64,000 nucleotides of DNA from Eledone cirrhosa (Eukaryota). The stretch spans positions 45,570,001 through 45,634,000 of the forward strand of contig OZ024746.1 in assembly GCA_964016885.1 (NCBI GenBank). The letters are read 5' to 3'. Numbering within the stretch: the first letter of the stretch is position 1; every line of letters begins with the position of its first letter. Under the pieces are notes generated by a model. The model saw only the letters and a program-made list of their open reading frames with translations, searched no databases and was not told the DNA's origin. The translations under genes were made by a program, and so were the position numbers. Positions 54,265 through 64,000 of the stretch are shown piece by piece.

Positions 54265-54556
54265 CTGAATTTGTTTAGCAAGAATCTTTATTTGAAAACG
54301 TGTGTTAAAACAAGATGGCGTAGGACAGAACAAAGGAGAGGCACAAAACAAAGAAAAGAATCCCCAATCACTGAAGAGGTCACAATGTGTGACGAAAGAA
54401 CTTTGACAATATATGAACAACCGTCCGGTTGTGGAACCAACCAACCAACCAGAAATTTATAAATTTTTTGAAAAAACTTTTTAATATATAATACATTGGA
54501 GTGAAAGCAACTGGTGCATGTGTTTCTTATTGGCAACATGACCCTCCCAAAGTATA
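54265..54556 (+). mobile_element. TA-flanked PLE pLTR-like remnant with hammerhead motif
   Basis: tca-CTGAAGA-g-gtcaca atg tgtgac-GAAA-gaac-TT-tga at 54368-54406; homolog at 28706-29016. Confidence 0.6.
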
Positions 54557-55179
54557 ACAATATATATATATATAACAATATATATATATATATGAGTGTG
54601 TGTACATCTGTGTGACTAGCTGTATGGTTTGTATTGTTTGTGTTTGTGTTGTAGCCATATGTTAGAAGGAGCAGCAGAGTCTATTTTATGTGTATGTTGA
54701 TTACTAACACACAATTAATGATTTTAGATAACCAGCCATGTTTCTTATACTGTATGTAACAGTGGGTCAATAAGAATAGAATATCAGAGACCACTGGTGT
54801 GGAATGTAGGATAAAAGAATTCTAGTAGATCTGGCTCAACAAAACTATATTTTTGGTCAATTGGGAGGGGAAGAGACTGACAATAATAAAAAAGATGCTA
54901 GTTTACAACTGTCTACACAATATTAGATATATATCTTTTTTGAGAGATGACACACAGTATTGCATAATTCCATAGCTTAAAGTAGATACACGAGAGAAAG
55001 GTTAAAAGGTTTAGGAAGGTGTTAACTGGTGTGTCAGGAAGGAAATAAAGTGTTTCTTTCTTTTTTTTAACGTATATAATTTTTTGTAAGCCAGTAAAGT
55101 CATGACTTGACAAAAATCAATGTATATTGGTGTAGAAGATTAAAAATTGTCTCTCATTCTTTTTGTTAAATATAGTGAA

Positions 55180-55500
55180 ATATAGTGAACATTTTTGGAA
55201 AGAAAGATAACCAGACTTCATGAGCTGGCACAAACTGCTAAAGAAATCTTTGGGACTAACTCAACTGAGTATCTGTGGTCTCAGATGCTTGCTGCAGGTC
55301 GCCATTCCCAAACTGATATGGTAGCATCTTAGGGTGTTATCCATAAGCTCAAGCATCTATCTGTACAATATGACAGTTGGCTTTTGCTGCACAACTTTTT
55401 CCATCAGTATTTCCTGACAATCTGTGATACTTTTCAGAGGAAAAACATGGTTGTAAGCAGCAAGAGACTTTATGTTCAAACCAAGACCCAGATTTTAAAG
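55180..55500 (+). mobile_element. hAT dimerisation-domain remnant, interrupted by a 155-bp insertion
   Basis: FWKE..RLHELAQTAKEIFG then, after 55424, FQRKNMVVSSKRL; resembles the hAT C-terminus FWK..P.L..LAK..FS..KR. Confidence 0.35.
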
Positions 55501-55772
55501 TTTACAACAGTGAAAACTCCACTAAAGCCGTATATTTAACCCATTAGCATATAAATTGGCCATGTCCGGCCAGAATTCGCTCACTTCTTTCTGTTCAAAC
55601 CAGCCATAACTGGCTGCTAATACTGATGTTAAGCTATTGTTCTCCAAATAAATAACATCGAAATCTCGCATATTCTTGTCCATATCCAATAGCATCACTC
55701 ACTACAACTAACCATCGTCATCTTGGACTCATAAGGCATTCAACTGACATCTACTGCTCTTATTGTGAAGAC

Positions 55773-56070
55773 ATATGGCATAGTGGCTAGAGCATTGGGT
55801 TTGCAATTGTGAGATTGTGAGTTTGATTCTCAGACCAGGTGATGCATTGTGTTCTTGAGCAACTCCAGTTTACTCAGCTGTAAAAATGAGTTGCAACATC
55901 TCTGGTGCCAAGATGTATCGGCCATTGCCTTTCCCTTGGACAACATCGGTGGTGTGGAAAAGGGAGACTGGTATGCATGGGTGGCTGCTGCTCTCCCACA
56001 AACAACCTTGCCCAGACTTGTACCATGGAGGAGAACTTTCTAGATGCATATCCCATGGTCATTCATGAGC
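55773..56070 (+). mobile_element. SINE with family B-like tRNA head and a different body
   Basis: Same head as family B; body gttgcaacatctctgg..gggagactggtatg shared with 58208-58510. Confidence 0.7.
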
Positions 56071-57299
56071 AAATTGGGTCTTTATCCTTACAAATCTTAT
56101 TTACAATCACACTTCTCTGTTGCCATCTATCACTCTCTATCCTAACATGACACATACCTATTGCTATCCCATAATGCAGCTCATACTGTTTTCTCCTCAA
56201 CTTCCAATCCAACTAGCACAATACATTTTCTATTCATATATAGACTGAATACGCACGTGTTGTTTTTCTCCCCCTGTTTTCCCTCATTTTCCCCCGTTCT
56301 TTCCTCTTATTACTCTTTACTTTCTATTTATATTTTATTTCTAACTCTATCTTCTGATGAAGGGCTTGTGTCCAAAAGGTTAAGATTGTCTCCCCTACCA
56401 TTTCAAACATTAAACTAATATATTTCTTGCATGTACTGTGTCGTTTGCTTTGTTATTTCTGTTTACCTGCAAGCAGGGAAAAGCGGATGTAAAATGATGA
56501 TGATGATATCTATGGATATAACATAAATTTCACTGATGAATGTATTAGTAGTTTAGACAATGAAGTGGCCTGAAGTTGAAATTAATGTTGAAGAATTCCA
56601 CCAATACACCTAGTCTTAATGTATTTCACATGGAGAGTCATCATGATATGTTGTGCAATAAAACTGGTCCATATAATTTGAGATACAGTCTATTTGATGA
56701 ACTTTGTAACAGCTTCCATCTACATAATTTCACTCCCAAGTCTTGGTCAAAAAGTAATGCAGTGGGATTGAAACCAGACCCTTGTGATTATGAAACAAAA
56801 TTGTTACTCATTCAGCCATGCTGCATCCATATAAACATTAAGTATGCAGTTATATAATTTGTAGAAATCAATATACTGTTCATTTAGTATATACACAAGT
56901 GAACACACAACCTTCTAGGATGCTTTATGTGAATATTAAACATTACATGACTAATATTTTATTCTATTGATCCAAGAGGGATGAAAGCCAGCATTTGCCC
57001 CAGCAGGATTTGAACTCAGAACATTAAGGGATGTAACTAGATACCACAATGCAGTTTATCCAATGCTCAAATGTTATGGCCATTACATCAACTTTGACTC
57101 TATTGAATTTCGCTGAAAAATAAATTCAACTAAATAATGTTATCAACAAACTACTGACTTTCAGATGCATATATCATTCCTTGAAACATCACTATTTTCT
57201 CTTCATGATTTGATTTAGGTACAAGGCCAGCTATTTTGGGAGAGGGGAAAGTAGATTAGATCAACCTGATTTTATTACTGGTATTATATTTTATCAACC

Positions 57300-57600
57300 C
57301 GGGTTGTGAATTGGCAGTATAGGTAGAGGGTTGGACGCCATGCTTTCTAGTATAGTTATATCCCTTTACAGTCTGAGTTCAAATCCCACCGAGGTTAACT
57401 TTGCCTTTCATCCTTACGGGGTCGATAAAATAAAGTACCAGTAATGTAGTGAGTAATTGCTGGCCTTGTGCCTAAAGTAGACACAATTATATTTTATCAA
57501 CCCTGTAAGGATGAAAGGCAAAGCTAACCTCGGTGAGATTTAAACTCTATGCTGTAAGGCATGTTATCTGATGCTCTACCATTACTGCCAATCCACCAAT
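57300..57600. mobile_element. SINE A (+, 57300-57490) nested in an older minus-strand SINE A-like copy
   Basis: ttatattttatcaaccc occurs at both 57284 and 57488. Confidence 0.7.
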
Positions 57601-58974
57601 CTTTCTCACATTAATAATGAAGTTGAATCCTAACTCGAGCCTGATGAACTTTCAGTTAAATACATCAAATGATGGAGATTTCCCCATCTCTGAAAGTTAC
57701 AGGCCTTAGCAAACGTTTATTATAAAAGTATGAATCTTTAAAAATTTGTATTGTTTTCCCATTACCTTTGAGAAAAATTTGTTCCATCAGCCTAAATTCC
57801 CTGAAACATATTTCATGTAGATAAATCATTTAGTAATTCCCTGAGACCCAAAGAGTTCAGAAAGTTGAAATCAAAATTATTCTCGTGGAATGAACTTTAT
57901 GACATTCTAGTGCTTTATTATAATATTCTCCATAGAGGTTTGAATTTACTATAAAATCTACCAAAATAAATCTACAATAAAAACAAAAATTATATAACAT
58001 ATTGTTTATAGTGAAGATGAATTAGATTTCAAACCATTAAACAGTCAAACGATGTGGTATAAAATCAAACCTTTAGGGTATCAAGCCTAAAATATTTTGA
58101 TTAACTATTGTATGTGTTAGTAATTTGATGTATGTATGCATGTACACATTTACATATCACTCTTTATGTGGGAGCATATGCAATATATATATAACTCTAG
58201 TAAGTGAAGGCACTTGGCTTACTGGTAATCAAGAGGTTGTGAGTTCAATTCCCAGACCAAGCAGTGCATTGTGTCCTTGAGCTCACTTTATTTTATGTTG
58301 CTCCTGTTCATTCGGCTGTAGAAATGAGTTGCGACATCTCTGGTTCCAAGCTGTATCAGCCTTTGCCTTTCTTTGTACGACATCAATGGCATGGAGAGAG
58401 GGGAGACTGGTATGTATGAGTGACTACAGGTCTTCCACAAAAATAGATTGCCCAGGCTTGTGCCTCAGAGGGGAACTTTTCAAGTGTAAATATCATAGTC
58501 ATTCATGACAAGAATTTTCAGTTAGCAAGACTAAGAGTATTCAGTATATAGAGAAATAGATTAAAAGTAGTGATGATGATTTTGATTATGTGATTGAGGA
58601 AAAATACTTCAGATCAATGTTCACTACACTGCAGAAAAGTTTCACATATTTGATATAGTAAATTGAAAAAACTTTCATTAAGTGAGACTTCCATGCAATT
58701 AGTAGAAAAAATCTCCCTCTAGAAGCATTTAAAAATAACAACAAAGATTTAAGGGAGAAAACTCCAATAAGATAAATTACTTAAAACTTCGACAAATATA
58801 GCAAATGCAATATATGGAATGGATGTTGTCTTTAAGCCAAATAAAGCATTTCCATTGTTGAAAATGTTTAAGTCTTATTTGATATTTTCAGAAAAGCATA
58901 TTTTACTCACTTTTCAACACCAAGAAGGATCAATATATACATAGATAAAGGGAATGATTATAAACAGATGCACC

Positions 58975-59325
58975 TTTGATCTCCATGTGTCTAACATACG
59001 TGGACATGCGTACAAAGTCAGAAAACAGCACAGCTCCCATGACTTTCGGAAACATTTTTTCATGCTTAGAGTTTCTGAAGCATGGAACAAACTGTCTGCG
59101 TCAGTTGTTAGCTGCCGAGACACTGCATCCTTTAAAACCCTCATGCTTCTCGAAATTCGCCAAAACTACACCTGATGTCCCTCTTCCATACACATGCACA
59201 CATGTGCATATCATAACTCATGCACTGTTCATTTTCCTGACGTTTGTACATTACCTATACATACACTTTTGATGAGTTGTAGTGAACCTGAGCACTGTAC
59301 ACAATATTTTCATTATTATTATTAT
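58975..59325 (+). mobile_element. CR1-group LINE 3' end
   Basis: Highly similar to 3540-3903; RGHAYKVRKQHSSHDFRKHFF; (ATT)n tail. Confidence 0.88.
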
Positions 59326-59593
59326 TCTAATTCTGTATTTTCTATATTTCTTGAAATTTCAATTTAGTAAATTAATCAATTCATTCACCTTATAGATATT
59401 ATTAAAGTTGTTTTGCTGGTCTATGTATGTTTTTAGAATTTAAACACACATACAGTGTTCATAACTGTATAAATGATTGCAGTTAAACAAAGTTTTTCAG
59501 TTCCCTATATTTAATATGTGAAACCCTACCTTAATCGTATGCAGAATGCATACTTAAGATATTTATCCCCCACCTATATATATATATATATAT

Positions 59594-59911
59594 ATTGAAA
59601 GGATAACAAGGACGATTGGTTACTCCTTCATTACATTTATTGGTAGGTGATGCGCGTTTCGCCACTGATCAGCTCAAGGTTCGATCTGTATCGATCCTAC
59701 CCGACTCAATGATCAGCAGCTCGATGGACCCTTTAATAATAAGAAAGGGGTCCGTCGAGCTGCCAATAAATGTAATGAAGGAGTAACCAATCCTCCTTGT
59801 TATCCTTTCGATGTATTATACTCTGTATAGCTCTACACCTCATCACAGAAGTGAACCTAAACATCGAGTGCTCTCCCGGGTGAACCTGCAGTAACTCCAA
59901 GTTACACCCCT

Positions 59912-59914
<3 letters not shown>
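59594..59914. mobile_element. TA-flanked nested fold-back element with a decayed hammerhead
   Basis: Outer arms 59594-59644 / 59762-59812; inner hairpin 59716-59763; minus strand has a long stem then GAAAC GCGC ATC acc and AATAAA. Confidence 0.6.
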
Positions 59915-59948
<34 letters not shown>

Positions 59949-60357
59949 TAAAATATAATTAAATCGTGTGAAACCATTTTGCTGGTTTGAGAGCTGATGA
60001 GGGTGAAGATGTGTGTGTGTGTAAATTGCCTTGTACATCGCCTTTCTTTATTTCTTTTTCAATTTACTTCTATGTGCCAACACACTGATCTTTGTCATAC
60101 TCCTCTCTGTCATTTCTATATTTCATCTACCTGTCACCCACCTTATGGATTGTCTCTCTGTTGACCATGGTTTCTATCCTCTGAGGCATTTTTCTGCTGG
60201 TCTCTATCCTCTGAGGCATTTTTCCCCATCACTGTCTTTGACAGTATTTAGCTGTTTTAACAGCTGTTCTAGAAATGTGTTTTCTCATTTTTATATGTAT
60301 TCAAATACACTCTTGCTTTGTCTTGATCAGAAATAACACTGTTTGGTTTTTCATGTA

Positions 60358-60681
60358 TATCATCATCATCATCATTTCACATCCGCTTTTTCGCTGTTTG
60401 CAAGGGTGGGACGGGAACTGATTCTGGCTTGATTTCTACAGATGGATGCCCTTCCTAACACCAACCTCATTTACTGTGTGTGCTGGGTGCTTTTTTGCCG
60501 TGGCACCTCCACGACCACTTTACAGTGGAGTGATATTGACCCCAGTCCCTATCATCTCATTTCTACAGCTGAGTAAACTGGAGCAATGTGAAATAAAGCG
60601 TCTTGCTCAAGGAAACAACACATCACCCGGCCTGAGAATTGAACTCACAACCTTTCGATTGCAAGCCCAATGCTCTAACCA

Positions 60682-60685
<4 letters not shown>
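60358..60685 (-). mobile_element. SINE family B
   Basis: Reverse complement of 23555-23880. Confidence 0.88.
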
Positions 60686-60760
<75 letters not shown>

Positions 60761-60763
<3 letters not shown>

Positions 60764-61651
60764 AAGCTAGATTTAACACCTTTCTAGTGGGTCCGGGTAT
60801 GATTTTACATTCAGTTAAATTATTGATGTATTGTTTTATTGATATTTTTTATCTGTTTGTCCCGAATCTTCTATTATCGATTCTTTATCGTATGGTTGAT
60901 TTTAGACTTGTTCTATGTGTGACGGTATTTTAACGATAGTTATAGCTCTGATTCATCTGAATTATTGAGCCCTCTGCCGCTCATTTCGAATATTGTTTAT
61001 CGTGAACTCGTGCGCCGATTTTTCGATACTCGATCTTTCTAATATTTTTAGCTCTGGACATAGCTACCCACCAGTTAATTTTATTGCTCATTTTTTGTCG
61101 ATTCTATTGAGTGATGAATAGCTCCTGTTTTATTTTAACATGTCTATTGAGCACTCTTATTCGATATGTGTATTTCCACATTTCCTCGAATAGTTTTCGC
61201 GGATGTAGAGGTTATCTCCCTTGCCTGATTCCATGTGCGTATTTCGCTTGTAGTTAGCCTCTTATCCGCTAGGAAAAAGCTCGTTGATGAAGTAAACTTC
61301 CATTCCGCTTGCTCTAGAAGCCTTATATATTTATATGTGAGCTGATAGAGTACAGTCTAAGGATTTACAGAAACCCAAGAAGCTAGATTTAACACCTTTC
61401 TAGTGGGTCCGGGTATGATTTTACATTCAGTTAAATTATTGATGTATTGTTTTATTGATATTTTTTATCTGTTTGTCCCGAATCTTCTATTATCGATTCT
61501 TTATCGTATGGTTGATTTTAGACTTGTTCTATGTGTGACGGTATTTTAACGATAGTTATAGCTCTGATTCATCTGAATTATTGAGCCCTCTGCCGCTCAT
61601 TTCGAATATTGTTTATCGTGAACTCGTGCGCCGATTTTTCGATACTCGATC

Positions 61652-61661
<10 letters not shown>
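60761..61661. repeat. TA-flanked partial tandem: 285-bp direct repeats, period 616 bp
   Basis: 60761-61045 appears identical to 61377-61661; long (TA)n on both sides. Confidence 0.9.
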
Positions 61662-61711
<50 letters not shown>

Positions 61712-61847
61712 AGTGTAATTTTCTACACAAAACGAAGGTTATAGAGAAAATTGAGGTTGGTAATGGCACATGGAATATATAAGAGACAGAATACTTTTTT
61801 GTGAGAAAACATAATTTTATAAGGTAAGGAAATAATAAAGGGTATAA

Positions 61848-61895
61848 AAAATGACCGGTTTCGATGGGTCTGCAAAAGCCATCTTTTCAAATGTT
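61848..61895 (-). ncRNA. Minimal type I hammerhead motif, U3-A8 variant
   Basis: aacat-TTGAAAA-gatgg..ccatc-GAAA-ccgg-TC-atttt, inside a TA-bounded segment 61708-62092. Confidence 0.6.
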
Positions 61896-62088
61896 GATTA
61901 ATATTAAGAAAAATTAATAATACGAAGAGTTAAAATTTGAGACTTGAAAATTCAAGTATAAAATTCATTGTGGGATTTCATAGCAGTTTTCATCTAGGTA
62001 GCAACAACAGGTTGACTGCTGTGTCCCTTTCTGGTAGTGAATGAGAAGTTATTTGGGGTGTGGGTTATTTTATAAAGGTCAGATTTAG

Positions 62089-62142
<54 letters not shown>

Positions 62143-62265
62143 GGAGGTGAGTTTTATTGTAGTACAATAAAGCAATGCAGATATCGGATAAGAAGCACTC
62201 TACAGTTTGTGGGACTGGAGTATGCATAATATAAGATCAAAAGATGGTTAAAGGAGTTCCATATA

Positions 62266-62332
62266 TTTTATTATGCGCATTTCAAAAACAAACATCATCA
62301 TGCAATAATATTTGTGTTTTCATCAGATAAAA
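62266..62332 (-). ncRNA. Minimal type I hammerhead ribozyme (mirror copy)
   Basis: Reverse complement of 62447-62513. Confidence 0.78.
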
Positions 62333-62446
62333 CAGGAGAACATGATATGAAGGCTAAAAAACACTTGTGGATAGTGCAGTTTTTTATGTTGATTTAAAAC
62401 TGCACTATCCACAAGTGTTTTTTAGCCTTCATATCATGTTCTCCTG

Positions 62447-62513
62447 TTTTATCTGATGAAAACACAAATATTATTGCATGATGATGTTTGTTTTTGAAAT
62501 GCGCATAATAAAA
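62447..62513 (+). ncRNA. Minimal type I hammerhead ribozyme
   Basis: ttttat-CTGATGA-aaacacaaatattat..atgatgtttgttttt-GAAA-t gcgc a-TA-ataaaa. Confidence 0.8.
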
Positions 62514-62545
62514 TATATGGAACTCCTTTAACCATCTTTTGATCT

Positions 62546-62599
<54 letters not shown>

Positions 62600-62774
62600 G
62601 GCTAACCAACCAGGGATGTGCACACCACATTTCAATCGGTCGCATGTGATGCAGATAAAATTAAGGGCTCAACAACATGTATAAATATTACAAGCTGTAC
62701 CATTATGTAGCATTAAGAAGATTAGAGGCCATATATATATGTTTGTGTGTATGTATGTGTGTGTGTTATTTCAT

Positions 62775-63060
62775 CATCATCATTATGATCACCACTTTTA
62801 CATTGGGATTTTCCATGCTGAATGTGTCTTCGTGTGTTTCTTTGTCATCACCTGTGAGAGGGCCAACATTCTAAGATCAGCTTTCATCAATCTGCCCATG
62901 TTTGCATTGGTTTTCCTCCTACATAATTTCTATCCTCTTGAATTTCCTGTTACTTCTTTGTTCAACTGCAGCCATCTATATGTATTACATAGCCACTACT
63001 CTCTCCTCTCTTGCATGCTACATCTGATTCTTCTTATATTTATTTTATCTCTTAATTCAT
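62775..63060 (-). mobile_element. Decayed RTE 3' fragment
   Basis: Similar to 49750-50030, with a (CAT)n tail on the + strand. Confidence 0.55.
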
Positions 63061-63932
63061 CTGTACCACTTCATGCAAACATATTAACATTACAGATGTA
63101 TTCACATCTTTGATTCCTACTTCCTCATCCAACTCATGCTACCATGGAAAGATGGTGTACAACCCTAAACATTAATGTACTCACTCTCTTCAACTCCACC
63201 GCCATAACCCAATGCATACTCTTCCCCTCCTCCTTCAACTGGGGGAAGAATATTTCAGCAAGCAACTCCACTCCATTTTCTCTTTTTATATCCCCACTAT
63301 CATTATTGTCTTTCACAACTTGGTTGAGGAGCATCCCATTGTTGTAAAGTGGTAGTGCTGGTACCATGACAAAAAGCACCCAATTTACAATGTAAGATGT
63401 TAGAGATTGTGCCATGATAAAATGCACCCAGTACAGACACTAAAGAGGTTGGTGTTTAAAAGAACCTTCAGCTATAGAAACCATGCTGAAATTAAACATA
63501 TGGCGAGACATACATGGTCATCTGACCTGTCTAATTAATCTCAGAGCATTACAACTCATCTAACCAATGTAAGCATGAAAAATAGACATAAAATAGTGGT
63601 GATTATGCAAATGATGATCACCATCATCTGCATTATTTAATATTCATTTTCCTGTCTATATGACCAGCTTCTGCAGCTTCCAAAGCAATGGTCAACCCAG
63701 GGCTATATAGAAGAGACCTAAAGTGTCACATAGTGAGGCTGAACCCATAACTGCACGGTTGTAAAGCAAATTCTTTAACCACACTACCATAGCTTTGCTT
63801 ATGTCTCTGTTTATATATTTTTTTCTTTTTTTTTCTTCTCTTTTGTTATCTCTGAAATATTTTAGGGTTTGATAAAATATTTTAATTTGAATTTTTTTTT
63901 TTTTTTTTACACTTTTTTAAAACATATTTCAG

Positions 63933-63987
63933 ATGTAAATGGTTGTTGATACTGAGATTGAGGAATGTAATTTATTCTGGGCTGAAA
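63933..63987 (+). other. Candidate exon with ATG (MVVDTEIEECNLFWAE)
   Basis: T-rich tract, tttCAG acceptor, ATG at 63939, donor GTATGT at 63988. Confidence 0.33.
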
Positions 63988-64000
63988 GTATGTTGTGAGC

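Larger units (their letters stand above)
62140..62553. mobile_element. TA-flanked fold-back element (158-bp arms) with two hammerheads
   Basis: 62226-62383 appears to be the exact reverse complement of 62396-62553; unpaired tail 62140-62225. Confidence 0.85.

Noticed and set aside
57610-58880. Possible decayed hAT-type transposase on the minus strand
   Set aside because: Only a vague Cys-containing motif, with stops in all frames
59963-60006. Possible type II hammerhead (GAAACC..GGTT..CTGATGA)
   Set aside because: Stems I and II cannot form

Overview
AT-rich, repeat-dense metazoan DNA. The (TA)n/(CA)n tracts, tRNA-derived SINEs and RTE/CR1 LINEs resemble an octopus-like cephalopod genome (inference). 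No host protein-coding gene is confidently recognisable: most ORFs in the track are microsatellite or transposon artefacts, and there are only a few candidate exons. Supported features are a nearly full-length but disrupted RTE LINE (49.4-52.8 kb, minus), many RTE/CR1 fragments, two main SINE families, a non-autonomous Helitron, hAT/mariner/piggyBac-like MITEs and a Penelope GIY-YIG remnant. The most notable signal is a set of about ten unrelated short elements, mostly in (TA)n tracts and often long fold-back palindromes, that carry minimal type I hammerhead-ribozyme motifs. Some look intact (62.3-62.5 kb, 45.9 kb), some have U3-A8 compensatory cores and some have decayed. They are consistent with Penelope-like pLTR or retrozyme-like elements. 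A palindrome carrying two convergent tRNA-like Pol III units lies at 30.7-31.2 kb. All alignments and folds were done by eye, and element boundaries are approximate.
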